This document shows positions 19,702 through 29,098 of a stretch of DNA of 64,000 nt, in pieces; within the stretch, counting starts at the first letter, position 1, and the number at the start of each line of letters is the position of its first letter. Source of the stretch: Methanobacteriota archaeon (GTDB lineage: Archaea > Thermoplasmatota > Poseidoniia > Poseidoniales > Thalassarchaeaceae); assembly GCA_014240285.1 (NCBI GenBank), contig JAAZXI010000001.1:15593-79592 (forward strand), written 5' to 3'. The notes under the pieces were generated by a model. That model searched no databases and was not told the DNA's origin. It saw only the letters and a program-made list of their open reading frames with translations. The position numbers and the translations under genes are program-made.

Positions 19702-21273
19702 ATGAGCGAGGGTGCGGCCAAGCCTCCTGTCGAAATTGTCAAGCCGGAGACAAATGTCACCAGCGGCACCGATGTCCAAGACAAGCTAATCAGCGCGGCC
19801 CGTGTCTTCTCGGACCTCCTGAAACCGACTTTCGGGCCACGCGGACTCGACAAGATGCTGTACAAGACGGACGGCACCACTGCAGTCACCAACGACGGCG
19901 CCAAGATAGTCGCCGAGTTGATGGTGAAGCACCCTGCTGCCAAAATGATGGTCTCGATGGGAAACTCTCAGGAGGAGGCGTGTGGTGACGGCGTCACCAC
20001 CACCATGCTGCTGTGTGGTTCTCTGCTCCAGGAGGCCAGCAATCTACTGCGCAAAGGTCTGCACCCACTAACTCTAGTCGACGGCTACCGCTCGGCACTC
20101 ATCGCAGCCGTCGGGCAGATGAACCAAGACACCCATAGTGTGAGTGATGCACGCCTTGCTGCAGTTGCCGAGACGGCACTGCGTGGCAAGGGCGCGGAAG
20201 CAGCGCTAGACCACTTCTCCCCAATCATAACTGACGCTCTGAGCATACTCGCCGCCAACCGCAACGATGCCGGTGCCGAGCATGTGGCGATGTTCAAGAC
20301 CGGCACTGGTGGGTTGCGCGATTCCCGACTCATCCGAGGTGTCGTGGTCAACCGCCGTGTCTTGATGGACAGCCTGCCGAACCGACTGAACGATGCCAAG
20401 GTGGCGGTGCTCGGAGGCGATCTGAAAATTCGATCAATGACTCGCGACGTCGAGATTCAAATCACCAACGCTGATCAACTCGACTCCTTTGTTGACGCCG
20501 AACAAGCCCGCAAGCAGGCACTTGCAGACGCGGTAATCGCCAGCGGAGCTGGCGTGGTACTATGCACGGGCGAGGTTGACCGAGACATCCTGCATCATCT
20601 GGCAGAAGCCGAGGTGCTCGCGGTGGGAGAACTAGATGAGTCGGAAATTCGCAACGCGGCAGACTCGGTAGGGGCCAACATCGTCGAGTCAATACTCGAC
20701 ATCGAAACCGCGGACCTCGGAGTTTGTGGTTCGTTGGTTTGGGAACGTCGCGAAGCTTCGGACCAAGTCGAGGACATCATCAGAATCGACGATTGCCCCA
20801 ATCCGAGAGTAGTCACTATCGAAGTCGGCGGAGGTGGCGATACCGGCACTGAGGAGATCATCCGTGGACTGCATGATGCTCTGAGAGCGACCTCACTGGC
20901 TCTCGCTGTCGGCGAGCTGCTGCCTGGCGCTGGTTCAATCCATGCCCGTATGGCCCACGCTGTTCGACGTGCCTCTGAGGCCGAACCAGGCCGGGCGAGA
21001 CTGGCTATGGATGCCTACGCCCGCGCCCTCGAAACAATTCCAGCGGCCTTGGTCGAGAACTCCGGTGGCGATGCGCTGGATCAGATTCTCGAGCTGAGAG
21101 CCGCTGCGAGGGAGGACGGCGACTTCGTCGGAATCACCCCCGAGGGAGTAGTGGGGTCGGCAGAGGGAGTATGGCATCCAAGGGCTGTCATCGAGGACGG
21201 TCTGGAGTCAGCGACCGAGACCGCTATGAGCATGCTCAGGATAGACCAAGTCATCTCCGCGAGAGGCGACTAG
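19702..21273 (+). CDS. divergent thermosome (group II chaperonin) subunit
   Basis: TFGPRGLDKM, VTNDGA, HPAAK, GDGVTTT, AMSMLRID. Confidence 0.92.
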   Translation: MSEGAAKPPVEIVKPETNVTSGTDVQDKLISAARVFSDLLKPTFGPRGLDKMLYKTDGTTAVTNDGAKIVAELMVKHPAAKMMVSMGNSQEEACGDGVTTTMLLCGSLLQEASNLLRKGLHPLTLVDGYRSALIAAVGQMNQDTHSVSDARLAAVAETALRGKGAEAALDHFSPIITDALSILAANRNDAGAEHVAMFKTGTGGLRDSRLIRGVVVNRRVLMDSLPNRLNDAKVAVLGGDLKIRSMTRDVEIQITNADQLDSFVDAEQARKQALADAVIASGAGVVLCTGEVDRDILHHLAEAEVLAVGELDESEIRNAADSVGANIVESILDIETADLGVCGSLVWERREASDQVEDIIRIDDCPNPRVVTIEVGGGGDTGTEEIIRGLHDALRATSLALAVGELLPGAGSIHARMAHAVRRASEAEPGRARLAMDAYARALETIPAALVENSGGDALDQILELRAAAREDGDFVGITPEGVVGSAEGVWHPRAVIEDGLESATETAMSMLRIDQVISARGD

Positions 21274-21317
21274 GGCGCCACGCGAACCCTTCAAGGCCGC
21301 CGCACTAACGCATTGCC

Positions 21318-22901
21318 ATGGCTCAACCCCGCGCCCTGCTCAGCGTTTGGGAGAAGTCCGGCATCGAGGTCCTCGGCAAAGCCCTCACAGAGATGGGCTG
21401 GGAGTTGCTTTCCACTGGTGGAACAGCCCGCGCGCTAAGGGGTGCGGGGCTCGAAGTTACTGACGTTTCCGAGGCCACCGGACACCCAGAGGTGTTCGAT
21501 GGACGCGTCAAGACACTTCACCCGGCTGTTCACGGAGGAATACTTGCCCGTCGCGACAGGGAAGACGACATGGCGACACTCGCAGAGCTCGGCTACGGGG
21601 CAATCAACCTAGTCTGCGTCAACCTGTACCCATTCGAGGAGACTGCCGCACGCAACCCACCGGCTAGTGATGCAGAACTCATCGAAATGATTGACATCGG
21701 TGGGCCAACCATGGTCCGCTCCGCCGCCAAGAACCACGCGGACGTCATCATTATGACCCATCCCGACCAGTATCTCGGTGTTCTGGATTCTCTCTCGGAA
21801 TCAAACGGCGATCCCTGCGGGGTCGACAATACCACTAGACAGTCTCTAGCCCTCACCGCCTACCAGAGCACCGCCGCCTACGACGCCGCAGTCTCCAACG
21901 AGCTCGAGAGCAGATTCATCCCGAGCGACGTTCCCTCTCGCATTCAGGTCTCCTCCGGTTCCGGCTCGGAGTTGCGCTATGGGGAGAACCCACACCAACC
22001 TGCAGCGTTCTATGCGGCGGCCGGGGCTGTGTCCGGACTCGCGGCGGCTGTCCAGCATGGTGGCAAGCCACTATCATACAACAACTACCTCGATCTAGAC
22101 GGGGCCCTAAGACTTGCTCGAACCATGGTATCAACATGCTCGGATTTCGAGCATGGATGCGTAGTAATCAAGCACACCAATCCATGCGGGGCCTCAGTCG
22201 ACGAAACTCAGATCAGAGCATGGGAGAGTGCTCTTGCAAGCGATCCAGAGAGCGCCTTCGGCTGCGTTATAGCCTTCACCAAGCCCGTCGAGATAGAGAC
22301 CGCCGAAGCCATTGGCGGCCACTTCTTCGAGTGTATGATAGCGCCTAGTTACGCGCCCGAGGCCCTAGAAATCCTATCGGCCAAGAAGAACCGCAGGTTG
22401 CTGACTCTCGATCCTATCGAGCCACGGGTTGACGAGATTAGAATCCGTCAACTCGACGGTGGCTGGTTGGCTCAGGTGCAGGGGCCGCCAAGTATCGACT
22501 GGGATGAGGTGGATTGCATCACCGACAAGCAGGTCGACGCCTCAGAAATAGCCCTCGCCCGCTTCGGTGCCACAGTGCTCGCTGAAGTCAAGTCGAACGC
22601 GATCATTCTTGTCTCTAGGACAGCTACAGGTTGCGCTACCGTCGGTGTCGGACCTGGACAGACGAGCAGGGTCGAGGCGGTCAAGATCGCCTCCCGCAGG
22701 GCGGGCGAGCGGGCCACTGGCTCGATGATGGTCTCGGACGCCTTCTTCCCGTTCCGCGACGGCATTGATGCGGCCAACGAAATCGGGGTCGCAACTGTGG
22801 TCCAGCCAGGCGGCTCGGTCAGAGATCAGGAGTCGATTGACGCGGCCAACGAGCACGGGATGGCGATGCTGTTCACTGGGACTAGACTCTTCCTCCACTG
22901 A
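21318..22901 (+). CDS. purH: bifunctional AICAR transformylase / IMP cyclohydrolase
   Basis: ALLSV, STGGT, GRVKTLHP, IDIGGP, RYGENPHQ, KHTNPCG, SDAFFPF. Confidence 0.97.
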   Translation: MAQPRALLSVWEKSGIEVLGKALTEMGWELLSTGGTARALRGAGLEVTDVSEATGHPEVFDGRVKTLHPAVHGGILARRDREDDMATLAELGYGAINLVCVNLYPFEETAARNPPASDAELIEMIDIGGPTMVRSAAKNHADVIIMTHPDQYLGVLDSLSESNGDPCGVDNTTRQSLALTAYQSTAAYDAAVSNELESRFIPSDVPSRIQVSSGSGSELRYGENPHQPAAFYAAAGAVSGLAAAVQHGGKPLSYNNYLDLDGALRLARTMVSTCSDFEHGCVVIKHTNPCGASVDETQIRAWESALASDPESAFGCVIAFTKPVEIETAEAIGGHFFECMIAPSYAPEALEILSAKKNRRLLTLDPIEPRVDEIRIRQLDGGWLAQVQGPPSIDWDEVDCITDKQVDASEIALARFGATVLAEVKSNAIILVSRTATGCATVGVGPGQTSRVEAVKIASRRAGERATGSMMVSDAFFPFRDGIDAANEIGVATVVQPGGSVRDQESIDAANEHGMAMLFTGTRLFLH

Positions 22902-22971
22902 AAATACAGTAGCAAAGCTTCCCTCTGGGTTGAGGGACAACATAATCCCGTTATCGCGCCGCCGCCAGAAC

Positions 22972-24456
22972 ATGCAGGCCAAGGTCTTGCTAGTCGGGAT
23001 TCTGATGCTGTCGGCATCTCTCGCTGGTTGCTTCAAGGATAATACCCCTCCACCACCACCTCCAGAACCGACTCTGCCGGACGGGGTCTTCATCACCGGG
23101 CCGGACGGCGAGAGCCTCTCACTGGATGACTACCAACCGCTAAAACTCAATTTCGTGTTCAGCAACGTCGGCGAGGATGGGGCCGAGCCCAGCATCGGCG
23201 TCACGTCGAGTGGTTGCATTTTCTTCATCGCCTTTGAGAAGGTCATGCGTTCTTGTGACCACGGTGAATCCTGGGAGGACGTCGCAGGTCCCATGTGTGC
23301 GTTCCAAACCAATGACCCGTGGGGCTGGGTGGATCCGATAACGGATCGGATATTCAACGTGCAGATGCAGGGCTTGGAGACGTCTTGGATATGTTATAGC
23401 GATGATGATGGGGCAACGTGGGTGGGTAATCCACACGATTCTGGTACGACTCCGATTAATGATCACATCAAACTGGCAACCGGCCCTTGGACGGGCAGTG
23501 GGTATGGAATCGGCGGCCAGTTTACTCAGGCTTACTACGAGACGGCTGTGTACTATTGTTACAACAAACTCGCCGGAATATTCTGCTTCACCAGTTTTGA
23601 TGGCGGTGCTACGTTTAACACGGGTGGACTGATTTTTGGATTGGCCACCACCAATGGGGGACTGCATGGGGCCATCACTTCTGCACCGGATGGCACAGTC
23701 TATGTCACGCCTCGAGTTGGGACACCAACCGTCATCGTTTCCGATGACAATGGTTTGACTTGGTTTGATCGATCCATGGGTGAAGATGTAGGGACACCCA
23801 ATCCCCGCAAGAATTCGGAGGTTGCGACCGACACTGAATCCAATGCATATCACATCTGGACAGGGGCAGACGAAGGCGTCTACATGTCTAGAAGTACTAA
23901 TTCAGGAGAGACATGGGAACAGACCAGTATCCGAATCAGTCCGAGCGCGGTTATCTCGACAGTATTCCCTCAGATTGATGCAGGCGACCCAGGAAGGATT
24001 GCGATTACTTACCTTGGAAGTGAGAACGCGAGTGAATTGAACCAATCCGACATCGACGGGGAACCGTGGGATGGTAATGCGCACTACGCATCTGCCAATG
24101 TCAGCTACTACCTATACATCACTTACAGCCTCAACGCACTGGATCCTGTGCCGGTGTTCCACACCGTCAGGGTCTCTCCCGACCCCGTACAGATAGGGAG
24201 TATCTGCCTGAACAGCGGCGACTGCCGGGACATTGGGGGCTCGAACCGCAACCTGCTGGACTTCAACGACCTGCATATCGATCTCGAGGGACGGGTGTAT
24301 GTGGCCTTCGCAGACGGCTGCACCGACTCGTGCGCCACCGGCAACAACTCCACGCCAGAGGATTCGCGCAGCAGACTGGGTTCGGTCTACTTCCTCGGTA
24401 GTGGCCCTAGTCTGTTCGAGTCAGTGGGTGATCTCGCAGAATTTGAGAGCCAATAA
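22972..24456 (+). CDS. lipoprotein with BNR/Asp-box repeats (sialidase-like beta-propeller)
   Basis: Lipobox LAGC, poly-Pro linker, five SxDxGxxW-type boxes (SCDHGESW, SDDDGATW, SFDGGATF, SDDNGLTW, STNSGETW). Confidence 0.85.
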   Translation: MQAKVLLVGILMLSASLAGCFKDNTPPPPPPEPTLPDGVFITGPDGESLSLDDYQPLKLNFVFSNVGEDGAEPSIGVTSSGCIFFIAFEKVMRSCDHGESWEDVAGPMCAFQTNDPWGWVDPITDRIFNVQMQGLETSWICYSDDDGATWVGNPHDSGTTPINDHIKLATGPWTGSGYGIGGQFTQAYYETAVYYCYNKLAGIFCFTSFDGGATFNTGGLIFGLATTNGGLHGAITSAPDGTVYVTPRVGTPTVIVSDDNGLTWFDRSMGEDVGTPNPRKNSEVATDTESNAYHIWTGADEGVYMSRSTNSGETWEQTSIRISPSAVISTVFPQIDAGDPGRIAITYLGSENASELNQSDIDGEPWDGNAHYASANVSYYLYITYSLNALDPVPVFHTVRVSPDPVQIGSICLNSGDCRDIGGSNRNLLDFNDLHIDLEGRVYVAFADGCTDSCATGNNSTPEDSRSRLGSVYFLGSGPSLFESVGDLAEFESQ

Positions 24457-24460
24457 TCAA

Positions 24461-24970
24461 CTATCGAGAAGGCACCTTGAATCCGACATACCACATTCCG
24501 ATGAGCCCTACCAGAATCACGGTCCCTGCACCGAACCCCGGGTCAGCTCCATTCCATGACGATGGGTCGGTCAGTACACCGTTACCTTTGGTGGAGACGT
24601 GCCAGACGAAATAAGACGAGATTGAGGCCATGAGTGCGATGAGCCCGACGGTGACGTACTTAGCGTGCTTAGGAATGGTCTTTCCTGTAGCATAGTAGTC
24701 GAACATCGCTGAACCGAAGTAGCGGTTGGTCAACGTCAGGCGAAACATCCTCTCACTGGAGAGGGAGAATAGGAAGGCCGCGGGGACCGCCCAGGAGACG
24801 GTAGGCCAGCCTGGTATCCAGACGCCGATAACAGCAAACACGAGGAACAGTGAGCCGAGGCCGACATACAGACGACTCTTAGCTGGACTGCTTGCTACAC
24901 AATACCTCTCGACGACCTCGTCGATAGTCTCCAAGCGTTCCATGGCCCATGGCGGCTGTATTCTAGCCAT
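24461..24970 (-). CDS. YbaN/DUF454 family membrane protein
   Basis: IGVWIPGWPTV..AAFLFSLSSER...FG...IPKHAK. Confidence 0.85.
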   Translation of the reverse strand: MARIQPPWAMERLETIDEVVERYCVASSPAKSRLYVGLGSLFLVFAVIGVWIPGWPTVSWAVPAAFLFSLSSERMFRLTLTNRYFGSAMFDYYATGKTIPKHAKYVTVGLIALMASISSYFVWHVSTKGNGVLTDPSSWNGADPGFGAGTVILVGLIGMWYVGFKVPSR

Positions 24971-25038
24971 AATATCAGTGTTCGTGCCGCTGGGGCTCAC
25001 GCCCCAATTCTCAAGCCCCGGCGACCCGCCTAGACGCC

Positions 25039-25671
25039 ATGAGCGAAGGCTTCGTTCTCCCCAGATCCGGGTCGGAAGCCAATCCAGTTAGACTGGCAGT
25101 GCTGGTCTCCGGTGGTGGATCAGGACTCGCAGCGCTGCTCAGGTACCAGCGGGCCCAGCGTTGCCACCGCACCGTGCTCGTACTCGCGGACAAGGTCGAC
25201 GCCGGTGGCCTACAACACGGCCGCGACGCTGGCGTCAGAAGCATCGGAGTACCTCTGCCGATGAATCTGGATAAGTCCGAGCGGCGAGAGGCCCATGAAC
25301 GGCTCGTGAATGCGGAACTGGAGGCCGCGGAGGTTGAACTCGTGGTGCTCAGTGGTTACATGCGTATTCTCACACCATGGTTCGTCAGGCGCTGGAAGGG
25401 TCGACTGGTCAATATCCATCCCTCATTGCTGCCCAACTTCCCAGGAGCCCACGCCCACCGCGATGCCTTGGCGGCCGGGGCGAGCGTCACGGGGTGCACG
25501 GTGCACTTGGTGGATGAGGGGGTGGACTCGGGGCCGATACTCGCGCAGCGCGAGATTGAGGTGTTGCCCGGAGATGACGAGGAGGCCCTGCAGGAACGAA
25601 TCAAGCTGGAGGAGCATGTGCTCTACCCCGAAGTGCTCGACCGACTCTGCTCGGGGCGAATATCACTCTAG
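25039..25671 (+). CDS. purN: phosphoribosylglycinamide formyltransferase
   Basis: LVSGGGS, LSGYMRIL, NIHPSLLP, TGCTVHLVDEGVDSGPI. Confidence 0.96.
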   Translation: MSEGFVLPRSGSEANPVRLAVLVSGGGSGLAALLRYQRAQRCHRTVLVLADKVDAGGLQHGRDAGVRSIGVPLPMNLDKSERREAHERLVNAELEAAEVELVVLSGYMRILTPWFVRRWKGRLVNIHPSLLPNFPGAHAHRDALAAGASVTGCTVHLVDEGVDSGPILAQREIEVLPGDDEEALQERIKLEEHVLYPEVLDRLCSGRISL

Positions 25672-26226
25672 GTCGGCAGGCGTGTTGACGTTGCGCAGGA
25701 GAGAAGAGTCCTCAAGCATCAGTGAGTGCTCCATCTCCGAGAACTGGACGTGCAGTGGTCTACGGTCACCTTTCTTCAGCCGTCCTACCACCATCTCCGG
25801 GCGGACCAGTGCCAGTAGTGGGTGCGCCCACAACCCGTCGCTTGGCATTGCGAGACAATCCGAGGGCCCTAGTGCACCCTCTAGCCCGGCGAACAGCGCA
25901 GAGTTCACCCAAGGAACATCGACTGGGGCAAGTTGCAAGGTCTCCCCGACTACCAATGGGTCCTCAAAGGCCTCGATTAGTGCCTCGATTGGACCCGAAT
26001 GGGGCTCGGCATCCAGCACCCACTCGACTTGGATTGTGGTGTCGATGACCGCACCGTATCGTTCAATGTCCTCGGGTCCGGCGACGGCGATTCTGATTGG
26101 CTCACGACCCGCCTCCGCCAGAGCCATCGCAACCCGGGAGATGCAGGCCTCGCCATCGACTTCCAGTAGTGCCTTGTCGCGACCCATGCGCGACGAGCGG
26201 CCCCCAGCTAGAAGCAGCGCCCGCAT
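25663..26226 (-). CDS. mobA: molybdenum cofactor guanylyltransferase
   Basis: LLAGGRSSRMGRDKA, GPI, PVDVP, NVNTPADL. Confidence 0.9.
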   Translation of the reverse strand: MRALLLAGGRSSRMGRDKALLEVDGEACISRVAMALAEAGREPIRIAVAGPEDIERYGAVIDTTIQVEWVLDAEPHSGPIEALIEAFEDPLVVGETLQLAPVDVPWVNSALFAGLEGALGPSDCLAMPSDGLWAHPLLALVRPEMVVGRLKKGDRRPLHVQFSEMEHSLMLEDSSLLRNVNTPADLE

Positions 26227-26230
26227 GCCA

Positions 26231-26440
26231 TCACCGCAGCTCGTCTAGCCGCCGCATCGCGTGCTGGATCTCGTCCATCAGGTCGAGAGCGCGGTTGAGC
26301 AGGATTGCCCTGTCTTTCCTCGACTTCTTGGTTTCCATCCACCTCATCAGCTGCCTGATGTCGTGTGCATCGCGCTGTATCGTCCACTCCAGCACTTGCT
26401 CGGCGACCGGGTCGTCAGACGGCAACAGCCGGTTGATCAT
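26231..26440 (-). CDS. small hypothetical protein
   Basis: 69-aa helical ORF fills the gap in a co-directional run, 4 nt before mobA. Confidence 0.65.
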   Translation of the reverse strand: MINRLLPSDDPVAEQVLEWTIQRDAHDIRQLMRWMETKKSRKDRAILLNRALDLMDEIQHAMRRLDELR

Positions 26441-26465
26441 ATTGGGCGGCAGGTGGCCCCGCCCA

Positions 26466-27122
26466 TCAGTCCTGCGCCTGTTCCTCTTGCAGCCGCTGCT
26501 TTACTCGACCCAACAGAGAATCGCCGTCGGGTATCTTGACGGAGGACAACCGCCTCAACACCTCCTCACTGGCCGCATGCCCCCGCACCGTGCCTGCGTA
26601 ACTGACGAGGAGGGCCATGTGACCATCCACCGTACGACCGTCGCACCATGCAACTAAGGCCTCTTTGCTTGGCATCTCTCGACCTGCTCGCAGAAGCTCC
26701 TCGATACTCAGCAGCAGCGCCTCGGCCGGCTCACTGCTTCTAGTCGAGCTGGCGAGCACCGCCCACGGGTCGACACCCAGCGCTACATGATCGAGATTAG
26801 CCAAAAGGAGAGCCGCGAGAGCCACGTCCTCGCGGCCGTGGCGGACCCACAGGCGCCCCACTAGGCGCAGCAGTACTCTCTGGTCATCACCAGCGTTTGT
26901 CAGCAGCCACGAGGCGATGCGACGCAGCAACTCATCCGGCGTCCCGAGATGGAAGGCGTAGCCCGCTGACTCACCAAGCCTGTCGGTACTTGACTTCATG
27001 ATCAGTGCCGGCACCCCGATGGGGTAGGCCTCGCGCACCGCTCTTGCTAGGCGCCTATCGGAGCGATGTAACTTTGGCGGCTGCTCGGCAAGGAAACCAT
27101 CGAGTGCCTCGTCGTGAGCCAT
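26466..27122 (-). CDS. hypothetical alpha-helical protein
   Basis: Long ORF in the operon; ATG at 27122 preceded by GAGG. Confidence 0.7.
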   Translation of the reverse strand: MAHDEALDGFLAEQPPKLHRSDRRLARAVREAYPIGVPALIMKSSTDRLGESAGYAFHLGTPDELLRRIASWLLTNAGDDQRVLLRLVGRLWVRHGREDVALAALLLANLDHVALGVDPWAVLASSTRSSEPAEALLLSIEELLRAGREMPSKEALVAWCDGRTVDGHMALLVSYAGTVRGHAASEEVLRRLSSVKIPDGDSLLGRVKQRLQEEQAQD

Positions 27123-27129
27123 GCCAACC

Positions 27130-27597
27130 TCAAATCTGGAAGCCGAGCCTGTCAAAGATGCCGCCGATACGCTCCATAGTATCGTCCAGTCTCATTCGGA
27201 AGTCCTGTAGGACGTTCCTGTGAATCGTCTCCTCGAGTTGGCGGTCAAGGCTGCGGGTTATCGCCCGGTGTTCGGCATCGCTGATTGAGAAGGCACGGCG
27301 CAGATAGGCCACTAGAGTGAGCTCGTCGTCAGAGCGGTCAGTGTGAATCAGAACAGCCTCGAGTACCTGCCCGTAGACCATCCCCTTCTCCAACTCACTA
27401 ATCTTCCTGCCCTCACCTGGGCTCCTGCCCTCGACTACCGCGTCGTACACTTGCTTTGGCTCCTCCTCGTCCAACCTCAGTGCGTGGGCCAGCTTGACCA
27501 GCAGACGCTTCTCTCCATTCGAGAGCTGACCGTCGCGGAGCGCTATCCTCGTCGCTCCGTGAAAAATCCCCCTACAGTCGCTCAGCCCCGCTTCCAT
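27130..27597 (-). CDS. TerB-like (tandem) domain protein
   Basis: IALRDGQLSNGEKRLLVKLAHALRL and a second DRSDDELTLVAYLRRAFSIS repeat. Confidence 0.7.
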   Translation of the reverse strand: MEAGLSDCRGIFHGATRIALRDGQLSNGEKRLLVKLAHALRLDEEEPKQVYDAVVEGRSPGEGRKISELEKGMVYGQVLEAVLIHTDRSDDELTLVAYLRRAFSISDAEHRAITRSLDRQLEETIHRNVLQDFRMRLDDTMERIGGIFDRLGFQI

Positions 27598-27707
27598 GCG
27601 TCACGATTGGAGACATGTCCCTTAATGGCTCGCGCAGACCATTCCACCGATAATCACTCATTCCACCAATAGGAGCGTTCATGAAGGGTCCGTTGGTCGC
27701 ACGGACT

Positions 27708-27816
27708 GCAGGTACTCTGCCACACTCGCGGGCGCTTTGTGCCCATCCACCGAACCGCCAACTGGCGAAAACCGGGAGCGAGGCCCCGAAAGTGGGGCCG
27801 AGAGCCTAAGGAAGAA
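27708..27816 (+). promoter_or_regulatory. putative structured 5' leader of dnaG
   Basis: TTCATG at 27678, then four hairpins at 27708-27720, 27730-27744, 27756-27767 and 27782-27799. Confidence 0.45.
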
Positions 27817-28989
27817 ATGAAAATGACAAATGAAGGAAAATACGTGATACACGCGACCATCCGCACTGACGGAACGGTTGCGCGCAAGGACGTTGTGGGG
27901 GCAATCTTCGGCCAGACCGAAGGCCTCCTCGGCGAGGAGCTACAGCTCAGGAAGCTGCAGCGGACCGGGCGCATAGGCCATGTCGACGTCATCCTTCACC
28001 AGAACAAGGGCAAGGTAAACGGGGAGATACAACTCTCCTCGTCTATTGACCAAGTAAGCACCGCTGTGATTGGCGCCGCACTCGAGACGATCGATAGGAT
28101 CGGTCCGTGCAAGGCGATAATCAAGGTCAAGAAGATCGAGAACATAACCTCGGTCAAGAAGGACACGGTAATCGACAGAGCCAAGGAGCTCCTACTCGAT
28201 ATCGTGAACTCCGGTGCCGACGAGTCGAAGAACATCCTCGACGAGGTCCGTTCAGTCCTAAATCTGGGGAAGGAAGCCGACTACAAAGGAATGACAGCTG
28301 GTCCGAACGTGACCAAGTCCGAGGCGATAATTATCGTCGAGGGCCGCAACGACGTTCGCAACCTGCTGAAGTACGACATCAAGAACGCCATAGCTACGAT
28401 GGGTTCAGGCATCATGCCAGAACTAGTCACGCTCGCCAAATCGAAAAAGACGGTGACTGCGTTCCTCGATGGCGACCGCGGCGGCAAGCTGCTACTCATG
28501 GAGCTGGAAGGCGAAATGGGCAAGTCTCTGACCCATGTCGCGTTCGCGCCGACAAGCCGAGAGGTCGAGCACCTCGAGATGAAGGTCGTAACGAAGGCGC
28601 TGTCTCAGAAGGAGACGGCCGGAAAGGTCGTCGCCCGCATCAAGACCGAGATTAACAGAGATGATGACCGCGCGGTCGGACGAGGCCGAGAGGCTCTCAC
28701 CGCACCCGATGAGGTCAAGGCCTGGGCAGGGATGCTCGATGGTCTGTCCCGCAATCAAGCAGTGATCGTCCAAGAGGACGGCTCCGGATCTGAGCCCATA
28801 GGTGCTCGCAGTCTAGAGACCGCTCTGACCGATTCTACCGGTGCCCAGGGTCTGGTGTTTGCCGGTAAAGTGACCGCCCGCATCTTCGACCTCGCCTCTG
28901 GCGCAGGGATTGAAAACGTGCTGGGCTCGTCCGTCGGAAAGGTCACCCGAAAGTCCGGTGTGCAAGCCTACTCGTCTGAAGACCTCTGA
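27817..28989 (+). CDS. dnaG: archaeal DnaG (TOPRIM, exosome-associated)
   Basis: KY.I.A...DVVGAIFGQTEGLLG, ETIDRIGPC, IIVEGRNDV, FLDGDRGG. Confidence 0.96.
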   Translation: MKMTNEGKYVIHATIRTDGTVARKDVVGAIFGQTEGLLGEELQLRKLQRTGRIGHVDVILHQNKGKVNGEIQLSSSIDQVSTAVIGAALETIDRIGPCKAIIKVKKIENITSVKKDTVIDRAKELLLDIVNSGADESKNILDEVRSVLNLGKEADYKGMTAGPNVTKSEAIIIVEGRNDVRNLLKYDIKNAIATMGSGIMPELVTLAKSKKTVTAFLDGDRGGKLLLMELEGEMGKSLTHVAFAPTSREVEHLEMKVVTKALSQKETAGKVVARIKTEINRDDDRAVGRGREALTAPDEVKAWAGMLDGLSRNQAVIVQEDGSGSEPIGARSLETALTDSTGAQGLVFAGKVTARIFDLASGAGIENVLGSSVGKVTRKSGVQAYSSEDL

Positions 28990-29098
28990 TTCGCTCAACA
29001 GCGAATCCTCCGGCGGGACATAGTCCCGCCTACAATGACGGCGAGAGCCTTGTCATCCGCAGAAGCCATCAAAAGTCGTACAGGTCCGCTGGGACTGG

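Noticed and set aside
22765-22971. Long N-terminal extension of the BNR lipoprotein overlapping purH
   Set aside because: The lipoprotein signal begins at ATG 22972; the upstream part is a shadow frame.
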